Source of the DNA: Candidatus Bathyarchaeota archaeon
GTDB lineage: Archaea > Thermoproteota > Bathyarchaeia > 40CM-2-53-6
DNA length: 64,000 nucleotides
Direction: 5' to 3'
NCBI GenBank assembly: GCA_963726255.1
Contig: CAVSBL010000002.1
Location: 640,001 to 704,000 of the forward strand
Under the pieces are notes generated by a model, which was not told where the DNA came from, made no database searches, and was given only the letters and a program-made list of their open reading frames with translations. Made by a program: the position numbers and the translations under genes. How positions within the stretch are numbered: the first letter of the stretch is position 1; each line of letters opens with the position of its first letter. Positions 29,672-39,952 of this stretch are shown piece after piece.

Positions 29672-30892
29672 TCAAGAATAGAAGGGTAGTCCTAGCTTGG
29701 CAAGCCTGTATTTGAAGTACGGCCACGCCAATTTGGCTCGCACGTCCCGATACCGTAACGACCCATCCATCAATCCCACCATGCACTCCTGCACTTTCCG
29801 TTCTGAGAAGAAGAATTTGGCAACTCGTTCCATGTCATATTGCTCCAAGTAGCTGAAACAGGCAACACGGCATGCAACATCGAAATCGATCCCGAAGGCC
29901 TTTCGGCAACGTCGACCGTAACGGCCGAGAAAGCCCTTATCAAACCGACCCTTTTGGCATGCTTCTTCGGCTGTTTGTGCCGCGATCTGTCCACCCAATA
30001 TCGCGAAATAAATGCCCTCCCCGAGAAGGGGCTCGGCAAATCCGCCTGAATCGCCAGCGAGCAGAATCCTATTAGTAGCCAAAGGCACTTTGGCAATGCC
30101 GCCAAGCGGAATCAAATGAGCTTGTGGCCTCGGAACTTTTCGCCCACGCAGCTGAGGGATTTGCTTCACAAACCCATCGAACAGAGCGTGCGCATCACGA
30201 AGCCTGCTCAGGCGGCAACCCACCCCGACCGTCAGATGGTTGTCCTTTGGGAAAACCCAGCCGTACCCGGCAGCGGAGACGCCGAAGTATATGTCAAAAT
30301 AAGATTCGGGGCCAACGAAATCCTGTACACCTGTCTCTCCAACAGGAACTTCGCTTTCGATAGCGTAGGCGACTTCGTGGGGTTTCCACCGATCATAGAG
30401 CTGCCCATAACCTGCGGTTGGGCCACCCATCCCATCAGCACCGATAATCAGCCTTCCTTCAAATGAGCCATGGGAAGTTTTCACTTGAATATGAGAGTCG
30501 TTTGTTTCAATTCGCTGTGCAGGAGTTCCATCTTTGAGTTCTGCGCCAGCCTCCACAGCCTTGTCGGCTAAGAATGAGTCCAACCTGGTGCGAGAAGTCA
30601 TATAGACAAGCGTGCGGTCCGATTCGAAGTTGAAGCAATCTTCGTCGACATGAATTCGTGTCGACCTGGCAGTATATTCGATGAGTTCGTCAGGTAGGCT
30701 GAAGCCGAGTAATTTGATGACCTTAGGAGTAACGCCCCCGCCGCACAATTTGCTTCGCGGCAGCTTATCTTTCTCGAGTAGGAGAGTTTTCAGTCCGAGT
30801 TGGGCAGCGGTCCTCGCGGCTGAAGCACCTGCAGGCCCTGCTCCGACAACGATCAGGTCGTACAAGCGAATCTTTGCTCGACGCTGTAACAT
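29672..30892 (-). CDS. Geranylgeranyl reductase family flavoprotein
   Basis: GAGPAG, KLCGGG, GYGWVFPK, GDSGG..GEGI. Confidence 0.9.
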   Translation of the reverse strand: MLQRRAKIRLYDLIVVGAGPAGASAARTAAQLGLKTLLLEKDKLPRSKLCGGGVTPKVIKLLGFSLPDELIEYTARSTRIHVDEDCFNFESDRTLVYMTSRTRLDSFLADKAVEAGAELKDGTPAQRIETNDSHIQVKTSHGSFEGRLIIGADGMGGPTAGYGQLYDRWKPHEVAYAIESEVPVGETGVQDFVGPESYFDIYFGVSAAGYGWVFPKDNHLTVGVGCRLSRLRDAHALFDGFVKQIPQLRGRKVPRPQAHLIPLGGIAKVPLATNRILLAGDSGGFAEPLLGEGIYFAILGGQIAAQTAEEACQKGRFDKGFLGRYGRRCRKAFGIDFDVACRVACFSYLEQYDMERVAKFFFSERKVQECMVGLMDGSLRYRDVRAKLAWPYFKYRLAKLGLPFYS

Positions 30893-31082
30893 TCTGCATT
30901 GTAGAGTGAGCGACAAATTAAGAGATTTTCCTGGACCTGAGGGTGCAAGCCCAAGTTATTATCATGAGTAATTCGGAAAGGAACCATACTTTAGGAATCG
31001 AAGGATTCAATTTGCTCCCGGGTCTGTAGATCGCTTCGTATTAGGGGATCGGGGCGTAAAATGAAGCGAGAGTTACCTGAGT

Positions 31083-31124
31083 TTGGCACCGTTTGGCACC
31101 ACCCTTCGACGGGTGGATCCACCC
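31083..31124 (-). repeat. Dispersed element, copy 3 (inverted)
   Basis: TTGGCACCGTTTGGCACCACCCTTCGACGGGTGGATCCACCC; 40/42 identical to the reverse complement of 925-966. Confidence 0.9.
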
Positions 31125-31452
31125 TCCACTTTTTCCAGAGCGGTTACGTGTATTTAGATGGGTTCTTGTCGAACTCTGACTTACAGGCAGCTGAGCAGAA
31201 ATAGTATTTCTTGTCGTTCTGTGAACTAGTGTACTTCGCCTGGGATTCCTGAACGTTCATCCTACAAACTGGGTCGACTGCCATACAATCGTCAACGCGC
31301 TATCTTGTGGCAATTGAATATGTAAGCTTGTTGCCAACGCGCGGCTCCATGAATTACCGAAACCGTTACGCCTTTCGCTCGCATCGATTAGTCTTCGACG
31401 TTGGGCCATAAGCTTAACATTCCAAAGAACTTTTGTCGTCATCTGAGCGTCC

Positions 31453-31992
31453 ATGCCACCCAAAGTCGGCAAAACCAGGACAGTTCCGAAATCCTTCAGA
31501 GTCGACGAAGCGGCACTTCAAGCGATTGAAAAGGATGCGGAAACACAAAACGTTAGCGTTAACACTCTTGTAAATCAGATTTTCAAGCAGTACGCTGATT
31601 ACGACCGATTCGCTCGCAAGATAAGCACTGTAAAATTGAGCAGCTCCACATTCCGTGGCTTACTCTCGTCTCTTGACACGGAGAGGGTGATTGAAGTCGC
31701 CAAGGCGTCCGGCAGTGGAGTCCCGCAGGCGTTGGCTACGGCCAAGAGCGGGCGTGTTGACATGAAAGCCTTGCTTGACCATATGCGGTATCTCGCTACC
31801 TATGCTCACCTCTGCGAGATGAGCGAAACGGTCGACTCACAAGGACAAAACGTATCCCTAATCCATGATTTTGGCCTCAACTGGTCAATTTTCTTGGTAC
31901 ACTACGTGACCGCAATGTTCGGACTGATAGGAGTGACACCGAAAATAGAGATGAGCGACAGATCGGTGTCCGTGACGATCCCCAACGTGTAG
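31453..31992 (+). CDS. Putative regulator with N-terminal ribbon-helix-helix
   Basis: SFRVDE..IEKDAETQNVSVNTLVNQIF; C-terminal IHDFGLNWS. Confidence 0.75.
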   Translation: MPPKVGKTRTVPKSFRVDEAALQAIEKDAETQNVSVNTLVNQIFKQYADYDRFARKISTVKLSSSTFRGLLSSLDTERVIEVAKASGSGVPQALATAKSGRVDMKALLDHMRYLATYAHLCEMSETVDSQGQNVSLIHDFGLNWSIFLVHYVTAMFGLIGVTPKIEMSDRSVSVTIPNV

Positions 31993-32191
31993 CTGCAATA
32001 CACTGTTTTTTCACTGTGCACCCCCACCTTAAGTTCAAAAGAATCCCAACTGTCCAGATGCATGAAATATTACAACAAGCGTGTGCTTTGATAACTATGA
32101 AATCTCTTCCTTGGTCTGCTGGGAGATTGGGCTAGCGCTAGCGATCTAGTAGTGCGCACAGACACAAGAAGTAGATGGGGAATGAGCAGAA

Positions 32192-32629
32192 CTATTTCTT
32201 GGCTTCAGTGGGCTTCCAAGTTACGGCTAGTATGCCCCCGATGAGACCAAGGATTAGGCCGATTCCGAAACCGCCCATTGCGCTGCCGAAAATACTGAGC
32301 ACCGAGAAGACTATGATCAATATACCCCAAGTCGAGTGCTGATCGGGTTTGTTGTTCAACATGAGAGCGCTGATGATTACGATGACTCCGAAAATCAGAC
32401 CCAGGACACCAAGGAAACCGAAGCCGTAGCCAAGACCTCCCATCATTCCGAAACCAGGCCCCATCATGCCGCCCCATCCACCATAGCCGCCATAGCCGCC
32501 CATCATCCCGTAACCGTAATTGCCCATCCATGAACCAAGCATAGTAATCGCACCTCCGCCTAAGAGGATGAAGATGCCACCGATCAACGAGAGAATAAAT
32601 GCGGTGCCAGGTTTTTCTGCTTCTGTCAT
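32192..32629 (-). CDS. Gly/Met-rich four-TM membrane protein
   Basis: AFILSLIGGI, GMMGG loop, GLILGLIGGILA. Confidence 0.75.
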   Translation of the reverse strand: MTEAEKPGTAFILSLIGGIFILLGGGAITMLGSWMGNYGYGMMGGYGGYGGWGGMMGPGFGMMGGLGYGFGFLGVLGLIFGVIVIISALMLNNKPDQHSTWGILIIVFSVLSIFGSAMGGFGIGLILGLIGGILAVTWKPTEAKK

Positions 32630-32653
32630 TTTGCCGATTTCACCTGCACATGC

Positions 32654-33439
32654 TTAATCAAATTCGACCTCTTGGATAAAGTCACCATGCCAAGAGTGAT
32701 ACCAAACCTGACCTGTATTTCCGTTTACGCTTAGCATTCCGGCAATCTTCCCGTTCACTGTGAAGTCGAAGGTGTAGTAGCCGTAGAACTGCGTAGCCAT
32801 CTCAGTCTTGGCGTTTTGAAAGTTCGCGTTAAGGTATGCCTGGGCGAATTGCTCGGCTTGGTTTTGGGAAACTGTCATGGTTGAGAACGCTTGGTTTCTA
32901 GTCCCCATCATCCCAGAGGCCATGTAGCTGTATTTGTTGTTCCACATCATGTTAGGGCCTGGCTCCGGCATTATGTAGCCTGCAGCGCCGCGTCCACCCA
33001 TCATACCGCTGCCCATCATTCCGGAGGACGGCGCCTGCTTCCAGATGAGCATCTCGAAGGCGCCAATCCCGGTGTCCTTCTCGTAGTAGATGATGTAGAA
33101 GTTGTTTTGGAACTCCATGATCTCCTTAATCGCCAAGTTGGAATTCCCTGTTGCAGTCAGATATTGCTGTGCAATCTGTTGGGCCTGACTTAGCGTGATG
33201 ACGGTGTTAGGGGAGGTCTGAGGTTGCTGATACCCTTGCTGCCACTGCCCCATCATGTACTGGTTCCCGTTTCCGCTATTCCAATTCGCGGACCGCACGT
33301 ACGACGTCGCCGTATACGCCGAGTAAGCCAGACCCAGCGCCAGAATTCCAAGACCGACTGCCAGAAGTACGATAGCGAAAGCATTCGTGTTCTTCATCTT
33401 CATCCACGCCATTTCTTCAGAGAACTCGCCGTCATGCAA
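32654..33439 (-). CDS. Membrane-anchored PepSY-like repeat protein with Met-rich loops
   Basis: Two QAxQxAQxYL repeats; PEPGPNMMWN; FYGYYT..GMLSVNG.TGQVWYHSWHG. Confidence 0.75.
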   Translation of the reverse strand: MHDGEFSEEMAWMKMKNTNAFAIVLLAVGLGILALGLAYSAYTATSYVRSANWNSGNGNQYMMGQWQQGYQQPQTSPNTVITLSQAQQIAQQYLTATGNSNLAIKEIMEFQNNFYIIYYEKDTGIGAFEMLIWKQAPSSGMMGSGMMGGRGAAGYIMPEPGPNMMWNNKYSYMASGMMGTRNQAFSTMTVSQNQAEQFAQAYLNANFQNAKTEMATQFYGYYTFDFTVNGKIAGMLSVNGNTGQVWYHSWHGDFIQEVEFD

Positions 33440-33488
33440 TTAAAGGAAGTGTCTACACTGAAACACAAAGTGTTGCATCGTCAAGCGT

Positions 33489-34166
33489 TCAGTATACTGT
33501 GATCTGTCCCTCCATCCATCCCGACGCTGCCATGGCTCCTCCCATTCCCGATGGGCCAAAGCCGCAGGGAGTTAAGCAGATCCATTGAAACGTGCCCGTC
33601 TGGTTGAGGTAAAGGTAAGCTATCTCCGTGTCGCCCCCCACCACGGGAACATTGATTCCGAGTTGCTGAATCGTGAATGTGTGCGCAAGCATGTTTCCGG
33701 GCACTGAAGTAACATTTTGACCCCACGATGATGGTACGTCCGTTCCCATCGCGGTCGTACCGTTGACAAGGTAGACTGTGCCCCCCACCGTTCCAGTTAC
33801 CTTGCCCTGCTCGTCTGTACTGGCCGGGGTAGGCGTGTCATAGGAGATGATCGTAAGCTGGATCAATGTGTGGACGGGAAGACGAATGCTAACCGCCGGC
33901 TCCAACCCATTCTTTCCGAGTATGTAGAACTGAGCCTGGGCCACCGTGGAGTTCCAACCCGCGTCCATAATCTCCATGAGCGTTAACTTGAACGGAACGG
34001 ATTGCTGCGAAACCGCATTAGTGACAGGCACCGTCGCGGAATGCGTGCCAACATAAATCGAGAGTACTCCAACGAGACCAGCGGTTAGGATCATGATGAT
34101 AAGCTCCAAACCTCTAAGAGAAACAGGATTAATTCTTGACGAGTCCATGCCCCTTCTCGTTTGCAT
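33489..34166 (-). CDS. Membrane-anchored cupredoxin (sulfocyanin/CuA-like)
   Basis: AHTFTI, GTFQWICLTPCG...AM...WMEGQITV. Confidence 0.75.
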   Translation of the reverse strand: MQTRRGMDSSRINPVSLRGLELIIMILTAGLVGVLSIYVGTHSATVPVTNAVSQQSVPFKLTLMEIMDAGWNSTVAQAQFYILGKNGLEPAVSIRLPVHTLIQLTIISYDTPTPASTDEQGKVTGTVGGTVYLVNGTTAMGTDVPSSWGQNVTSVPGNMLAHTFTIQQLGINVPVVGGDTEIAYLYLNQTGTFQWICLTPCGFGPSGMGGAMAASGWMEGQITVY

Positions 34167-34490
34167 AGCTCTTAATTCCGCGTAGTAATGACTGAGAACT
34201 TCACTTAAGCCGCGTGTACATATTTGCCTTACATTATTTACAATGTGACTACTCCCTGCGTTACGTTGCGTTCCTCGAAAAATGTGTCAGGCAGAAGCGG
34301 TTCAGAGAGTGAACCTCCCATTTTCTGACGGTTCCTAGTATGGAGTGAAATCAAACGGAAAAGCCATCCTCCCCAGAAGAAATGAAAACAGAAAATGAAA
34401 CCGAAAATAAGCAAGACTCTGTATTTCACTGTGGACGCTCCGTTTAAGACAATTCCCTAGTCGTATCAGTTCCAACTGGAGCAAGCTACG

Positions 34491-35222
34491 TTGGTTGAAT
34501 GTGAACGTTGCCATAGAAAATTCGTGTCTTATGCTGCACTCTCGCAACATTTCGACACAAAGCATCAGAACGCGCAAAGGCCACGTGACATGGAGAGGGA
34601 GCTAGCAGTCGAGAAGGAACTGGACACATACAAGGCTACGGTTCACTACGCACATGGCCCTTCGAAGACCAAGCTGGCAGTGTTCCTTCTTATTCTAATC
34701 GTCGCGGCGGGTGTCATCGGATATGTTGCGCTTACGCCAAGAGAAGCGGGCGGGTCAATTCTTGGTGTTGGGTCAACTGCACCGAACTTTACCCTTCAAG
34801 ACGTAGCAGGGGGAACATTCACGTTATCTGATTATCAGGGAAAGTCTAACGTCCTTTTATTGTTCAACGAAGGGCTAAGCTGCCAACCTTGCCTGCAGCA
34901 GATGCATGACCTTGACGGATTAAACGGGCAGTTTAGGGGCATGAACGTTCTGGTTGTTAGCGTGACTCCAGACAGCGTTGGCCAGTTGCGCGGTTGGATG
35001 GGAGCGGGTGGCCCGCAGTATGGCAAGGTGCTCGCCGATCCAGCGCTAGTCGCCTTCAGCCTGTATCGTCCGGTTGGTACTGGCGGCAGCATGATGACGC
35101 ACACCTTCGTACTGATCAACAAGGCCGGGATGGTGATCTGGAGACAGGACTACGGACCGAACAACATGTATGTCCAGAACACGGAAGTTCTAGCCGCAGT
35201 CACGAAGGCCCTAGGGACGTAG
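34491..35222 (+). CDS. C2H2 zinc finger-TM-AhpC/TlpA thioredoxin-fold protein
   Basis: CERC..HFDTKH; TM; GSTAPNFTL; SCQPC. Confidence 0.85.
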   Translation: MVECERCHRKFVSYAALSQHFDTKHQNAQRPRDMERELAVEKELDTYKATVHYAHGPSKTKLAVFLLILIVAAGVIGYVALTPREAGGSILGVGSTAPNFTLQDVAGGTFTLSDYQGKSNVLLLFNEGLSCQPCLQQMHDLDGLNGQFRGMNVLVVSVTPDSVGQLRGWMGAGGPQYGKVLADPALVAFSLYRPVGTGGSMMTHTFVLINKAGMVIWRQDYGPNNMYVQNTEVLAAVTKALGT

Positions 35223-35229
35223 TTGCGTA

Positions 35230-35496
35230 ATGCCTCAGATACGTTTCGTTACAAGTCTCGGATGCACTCCGTGCCTGCGCATCAAGCGCATCCTCGGCGA
35301 ACTGCAGGCGGGTATGCCGAATCTCACGGTTGAGGAAGTAGAGTTCACGTCCGCAGTTGGAACCAAACTCGCGACGGAAAATGGGATTCTCTACCCGCCG
35401 GCTGTTTTCCTCAACGGCGTCATGATCGCGAAGGGCAAGATCGATGCTAACGCAATGGTTATGGAGATTCGTAAATCAAGCGAGATTGGAAGTTGA
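35230..35496 (+). CDS. Thioredoxin/glutaredoxin family protein
   Basis: CTPC, YPPAVFLNG. Confidence 0.85.
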   Translation: MPQIRFVTSLGCTPCLRIKRILGELQAGMPNLTVEEVEFTSAVGTKLATENGILYPPAVFLNGVMIAKGKIDANAMVMEIRKSSEIGS

Positions 35497-36377
35497 TGTC
35501 CCTACTACTTCTAGCCTACTTGATAATCGCCTTTGTGGCGGGGGTGGTTGCTCTCGCTATGCCCTGCTGTTTCAGCGTCCTCCTGCCATCCTACTTTGCA
35601 CAGAGCTTCAAACAGAAAGCCAGGCTCATTGGGATGACCGTCGTCTTCTCATTCGGAATCGCAACCATTATGTTGCCTCTAGCCTTGGGAGTCGTCGCCC
35701 TCGCGCAGACGATTAGAGCAAGTCACAGCTTGGTCTTCGTGATCGGCGGATTCCTAATGATAATTTTGGGATTCTGGACCCTTTGGGGACAAGGCATGCT
35801 TCCGCGACTTGAATTGCCAGTGAACCTGAACAAGAACGACGTTCTCTCAGTATACACGTTGGGTGTGTTCTCAGGGGCTGCCACATCATGTTGCGCCCCC
35901 GTGCTTGCTGGAGTCCTCGTATTATCCGCATTATCAGCCGGGATCGTTGAGGGATTGGTAATTGGGTTCACGTACGTGCTTGGGATGGTCTTTCCACTCT
36001 TCATAATCGCCCTGGTTTGGGACAAATGTGTGCCTAGCGGAGAGAATCCGTTGAAGGGACGGGTTCTACACTTCAATATATTCCGCCGCGAAGTTACGAT
36101 ACACTCATCGAAGCTCGTTTCCGGCCTGATGTTCGTCTTCATGGGGATCGTGACCGTTGCATTGGGCCTACTGGGGGAAATGATTCCGGCACCCGGCGCT
36201 GCGCAAATAGGAGTCTTACAGGCCCAGCTCGCGCAGCTTCTAACGGCTTACTTCGCGAATTCCCCTGGACTGGAGTTAGTTGGAGTTCTTGGCATGGCAC
36301 TAATCCTCACTAGCGTCTTCGCTCTGAGAAATCACATCCGAAAACCCCTGAAACCCGCTAGAATCGAGGGGGACTAA
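35493..36377 (+). CDS. CcdA/DsbD-family transmembrane electron transporter
   Basis: AMPCCFSVLLPSY, SCCAPVL, YVLGMVFP. Confidence 0.9.
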   Translation: MMSLLLLAYLIIAFVAGVVALAMPCCFSVLLPSYFAQSFKQKARLIGMTVVFSFGIATIMLPLALGVVALAQTIRASHSLVFVIGGFLMIILGFWTLWGQGMLPRLELPVNLNKNDVLSVYTLGVFSGAATSCCAPVLAGVLVLSALSAGIVEGLVIGFTYVLGMVFPLFIIALVWDKCVPSGENPLKGRVLHFNIFRREVTIHSSKLVSGLMFVFMGIVTVALGLLGEMIPAPGAAQIGVLQAQLAQLLTAYFANSPGLELVGVLGMALILTSVFALRNHIRKPLKPARIEGD

Positions 36378-36381
36378 AGCG

Positions 36382-36615
36382 GTGAAATCAACCCCAGTGA
36401 TCGCACAAAAACGGATAGGGCGAGCAGTCTTATCACTATACAACTATGAAGGCGACGCACCAACTCAAATCCTTCAGCGCAAGCTGAAAAAGACAACTGG
36501 CATAAAGCGTGTAGATCTAAATTACGCTGCTAACACAATAACCGTCGACTATGATCTAACCAAAATCACGATCGAAGAGGTAAGGGCAGTCATCAAACAG
36601 CCCCTCCTAGCTTGA
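36382..36615 (+). CDS. HMA-fold protein lacking CxxC
   Basis: [24 protein letters not shown]; directly upstream of copA. Confidence 0.7.
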   Translation: MKSTPVIAQKRIGRAVLSLYNYEGDAPTQILQRKLKKTTGIKRVDLNYAANTITVDYDLTKITIEEVRAVIKQPLLA

Positions 36616-36643
36616 GTCTTTCGAAACGCGGGAGGAAGTAAAA

Positions 36644-38722
36644 ATGGCCAAAGACCCGATTTGCGGCATGTTCGTGGATGAGAAGACCGCGACCATAACC
36701 CGTACAATTCGAGGAACAAAATGGTACTTCTGCAGCGAAACCTGCGCCAAGACATTTGAGAAACCAGAAGCTGAAATGAAGCGTCTCAAGCTCTTGGTGG
36801 TAATTGGCATCGCGTTCACAGTACCAACAGCTTTGTTCACATACGTGCCGCTTCTTCCATCCAACATCAACAATTATCTGCTCTTCATTTTGGAAACGCC
36901 AGTACAATTCATCGTGGGGTGGCGCTTCTACAGAGGCGCGTACGACGCTCTAAGAAACCGAATGGGTAACATGGACCTTCTAATTGCCATCGGTACTACT
37001 GCCGCTTGGGCATACAGTACAGTCGTCACATTTCTTCCGTCAGTCTTCGCTACGAGCGGGGCATACTTCGATACCGCTGCAGTGATCATCACCCTGATCC
37101 TACTCGGTAACATGTTGGAGCATATCAGCAAGGGAAGGGCTTCCGAGGCAGTTCGCAAACTCCTAGACCTACAGCCCAGGATGGCACACGTGATTCGCAA
37201 TGGGACTGAGGAGGACGTTCCAGTAGAGTTGATCAAAGTAGGCGATGTTCTCGTCATCCGCCCCGGTGAAAGGATACCGGTTGACGGAGTGGTGACTGAG
37301 GGCAACTCAGCGGTTGACCAATCCCCCATTACTGGAGAAAGTATTCCCGTTGAAAAAATCGCGGGCGATGAAGTAATCGGAGCGACGATCAACACATCCG
37401 GTCTTCTCAGAGTTCGGGCATCGAAGGTCGGAGCAGATACAGTACTATCAAAGATCGTTCAACTCGTCGAAGAAGCCCAGATGGCGCATGCGCCGATTCA
37501 ACGCCTTGCCGACCAAGTTTCAGCTTACTTCGTGCCTGCAGTGATCTTAATCGCCACAGGGGCGGCGCTAGGTTGGTATTTCTTCGGCGGATTGGCGCTC
37601 AACTTCGCCTTATTGGCGTTTGTCTCAGTAATCGTCATCGCATGCCCGTGTGCACTCGGCATCGCTACTCCAGCCGCCATCCTTGTCGGAACAGCCAAAG
37701 GCGCTCAGAATGGGATTCTCATCAAAGGCGGTGAGTATCTAGAGACAGCCCATAAGCTACAGACAATTGTCTTTGACAAGACCGGCACTTTAACCAAGGG
37801 CAAACCGTCCGTAACGGATATCATTGTTCATGGAAACCACACGGAAAAAGAAGTACTTCAGCTGGCCGCTTCAGCCGAGAAAGGCTCAGAGCATCCCCTC
37901 GGCCGAGCAGTCATAGAAGCCGCCGAGAAAAAGGGCATAAGCATACCTGAGGCGACCTCGTTCAAAGCTGTACCAGGCGAGGGCGTGGTAGCAGAGCAGA
38001 ATGGCAGAACCATATTGCTGGGAAACAGAAAGCTGATGGCAAAATACGACATGAACCTCGCGCCAGTCGATTCAGACATATCCGCACTTGAGGAAGAGGG
38101 CAAAACGATCATGGTTCTATCCGATGGTAACGAGCCCGTCGGTGTCATCGGCCTCGCAGACACCCTCAAAGATGACGCTTTAGACACAGTTCGAGAATTG
38201 CAACGGATGAAGATTGAAGTCGTAATGTTGACTGGCGACAACATCCGAACGGCCAAAGCCGTCGCTGGCAAATTGGGCATAGACAGGGTTGTGGCAGACG
38301 TTCTGCCAGAGCAGAAGGAGAAGATCATCAGAGACTTGCAAAAAGAAGGTAGGATTGTGGGCATGGTTGGAGACGGAATCAACGATGCCCCCGCTCTTGC
38401 CGCGTCCAACATTGGGATTGCCATCGGAGGCGGGACAGATGTCGCGGTCGAGACAGGCGGCATTGTTCTGATCAGGAACAGTCTACGAGACGTGGTAACC
38501 GCCATCAAACTCAGTAAGGCAACTGTCAGCAAGATCAAGCAAAACCTGTTCTGGGCATTCTGCTACAACGTTGCCCTCATCCCAATCGCTGCAGGTGCAC
38601 TCGTCCCATTCTTCGGACCTGGTGTGTACAATTTCCTTCCGTTCCTGGCTGCTGCAGCGATGGCTTCGAGTTCAGTTACTGTCGTCAGTAACTCCCTTTT
38701 GCTGAATAGGTTCAAGGCCTGA
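36644..38722 (+). CDS. copA: P1B-1 Cu(I)-transporting ATPase with YHS/TRASH N-terminus
   Basis: DPICGM..YFCS..C; TGES; CPC; DKTGT; SEHP; GDGINDAP; YN; MASSS. Confidence 0.95.
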   Translation: MAKDPICGMFVDEKTATITRTIRGTKWYFCSETCAKTFEKPEAEMKRLKLLVVIGIAFTVPTALFTYVPLLPSNINNYLLFILETPVQFIVGWRFYRGAYDALRNRMGNMDLLIAIGTTAAWAYSTVVTFLPSVFATSGAYFDTAAVIITLILLGNMLEHISKGRASEAVRKLLDLQPRMAHVIRNGTEEDVPVELIKVGDVLVIRPGERIPVDGVVTEGNSAVDQSPITGESIPVEKIAGDEVIGATINTSGLLRVRASKVGADTVLSKIVQLVEEAQMAHAPIQRLADQVSAYFVPAVILIATGAALGWYFFGGLALNFALLAFVSVIVIACPCALGIATPAAILVGTAKGAQNGILIKGGEYLETAHKLQTIVFDKTGTLTKGKPSVTDIIVHGNHTEKEVLQLAASAEKGSEHPLGRAVIEAAEKKGISIPEATSFKAVPGEGVVAEQNGRTILLGNRKLMAKYDMNLAPVDSDISALEEEGKTIMVLSDGNEPVGVIGLADTLKDDALDTVRELQRMKIEVVMLTGDNIRTAKAVAGKLGIDRVVADVLPEQKEKIIRDLQKEGRIVGMVGDGINDAPALAASNIGIAIGGGTDVAVETGGIVLIRNSLRDVVTAIKLSKATVSKIKQNLFWAFCYNVALIPIAAGALVPFFGPGVYNFLPFLAAAAMASSSVTVVSNSLLLNRFKA

Positions 38723-38755
38723 TTCAGCTTCGGCAAAAAGGCTGGCAGGTCATTG

Positions 38756-39724
38756 TTACGGGAACTTTGGGCTCAATGATCCGTGCGGGCAGGCGTCGAT
38801 GCATTCCATGCACATTATGCATTCGGGGTCGTTGAACTTCTCCCAAGGTAGATCAAGTATGTTGATTTGCATTGGACATTTTACCTCGCAGTGTGGGCAC
38901 TTTGTGCATTTCACTGGGTCTCTTTTGATTCCAGCCAGGCTGTATTTCTGGAAGATCGCCATCATTGCCCCTGTGGGGCAGGCGTAGCGACACCAGAAGC
39001 GTGGAACTTTCCATGCTGCCCCGAAGAAGCCTACCAGTATCAGTATTCGCAGCGCAAGTAGCGGAGGCACTTGAGTCAGGTAAACCCAGACTTGCTGAAT
39101 CGTCGGTGGCCTAGTGAATAGAGACGCGAAGTTATCCTTAGCCAAACCAATCAACGTAGGAACCACTCCGAACAATGTGCCGTCCGGTGATATTGCGATG
39201 AAGGGGCCCGAAGCCAGGACACCAAGGGCGGTTTTGTAATCCGTTCCTACTCCCAGGTAGAGTGCTAGACCTAGAGTGCCGCTGATTAAGAGTGTTCCCA
39301 GAAACAGGAGATACTTGAGTTTCTTAGCGCTGCGGTGGGTTCGAGGCGATAAGAAGTCTAATCGTCCTTTCAAGTTCGTAATGATGTCCTGTATAAAACC
39401 GACCGGGCAGACCCAGCCGCAGAAAGCGCGCCCTACAACGGCTCCTATCAGGAGCACAGTTCCGAAAGCGAGCCAAGGAAACTCAGGCTGCGCCAACTCG
39501 ACCTGAATGAGGTCGAAAGAACTGTAGACCGCGCTAAATGGAGAGTTCACGCTGGCTAGGATCGGTAGGCCTAGAGGAATAGGCTTGAACTTCAGGCTCG
39601 GGAAAATCAGGGTGAGAGCAATCGCGTTAACCGCGACGAGAGAAAGTAGCTGGACAGTGATGCGTGGGAGAGTCCATTTGAATTTGAACCGTCTAAGGTC
39701 TTCCTCGGGGTGCGCCTGGGCCAA
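38756..39724 (-). CDS. Membrane 4Fe-4S binding protein (NapH/MauN-like)
   Basis: GRAFCGWVCP, RFWCRYACP, two CxxCxxCxxxCP; TTG start after GAGGT. Confidence 0.9.
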   Translation of the reverse strand: MAQAHPEEDLRRFKFKWTLPRITVQLLSLVAVNAIALTLIFPSLKFKPIPLGLPILASVNSPFSAVYSSFDLIQVELAQPEFPWLAFGTVLLIGAVVGRAFCGWVCPVGFIQDIITNLKGRLDFLSPRTHRSAKKLKYLLFLGTLLISGTLGLALYLGVGTDYKTALGVLASGPFIAISPDGTLFGVVPTLIGLAKDNFASLFTRPPTIQQVWVYLTQVPPLLALRILILVGFFGAAWKVPRFWCRYACPTGAMMAIFQKYSLAGIKRDPVKCTKCPHCEVKCPMQINILDLPWEKFNDPECIMCMECIDACPHGSLSPKFP

Positions 39725-39734
39725 GGATGGAACC

Positions 39735-39908
39735 TCATGGGAAAAGGACAACATATCCGTTAAGAACGTCGGCAAGTATCTTGAATTCGTTGATGTACAG
39801 TCCGATCATCACGGCCGTCAACCCCAATAGTATGGTAAACGCGGCAGCAGTGCGCTTCAAAGAACCACTTCTCGACCTTGTGATGGATTTTGGTAGCGTT
39901 GAAACCAG
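39735..39908 (-). CDS. 57-aa single-TM protein (not in ORF track; CTG start assumed)
   Basis: ...KRTAAAFTILLGLTAVMIGLYINEFKILADVLNGYVVLFP*; its stop overlaps the SD of the next gene. Confidence 0.55.
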   Translation of the reverse strand: MVSTLPKSITRSRSGSLKRTAAAFTILLGLTAVMIGLYINEFKILADVLNGYVVLFP

Positions 39909-39952
39909 CCTGTAATTAACCCTTTCCGACCTTCCGCCCGGTCGAGAATTGC

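Noticed and set aside
37858-38538. 226-aa antisense ORF within copA and similar shadow ORFs
   Set aside because: Codon-bias shadows of well-supported genes
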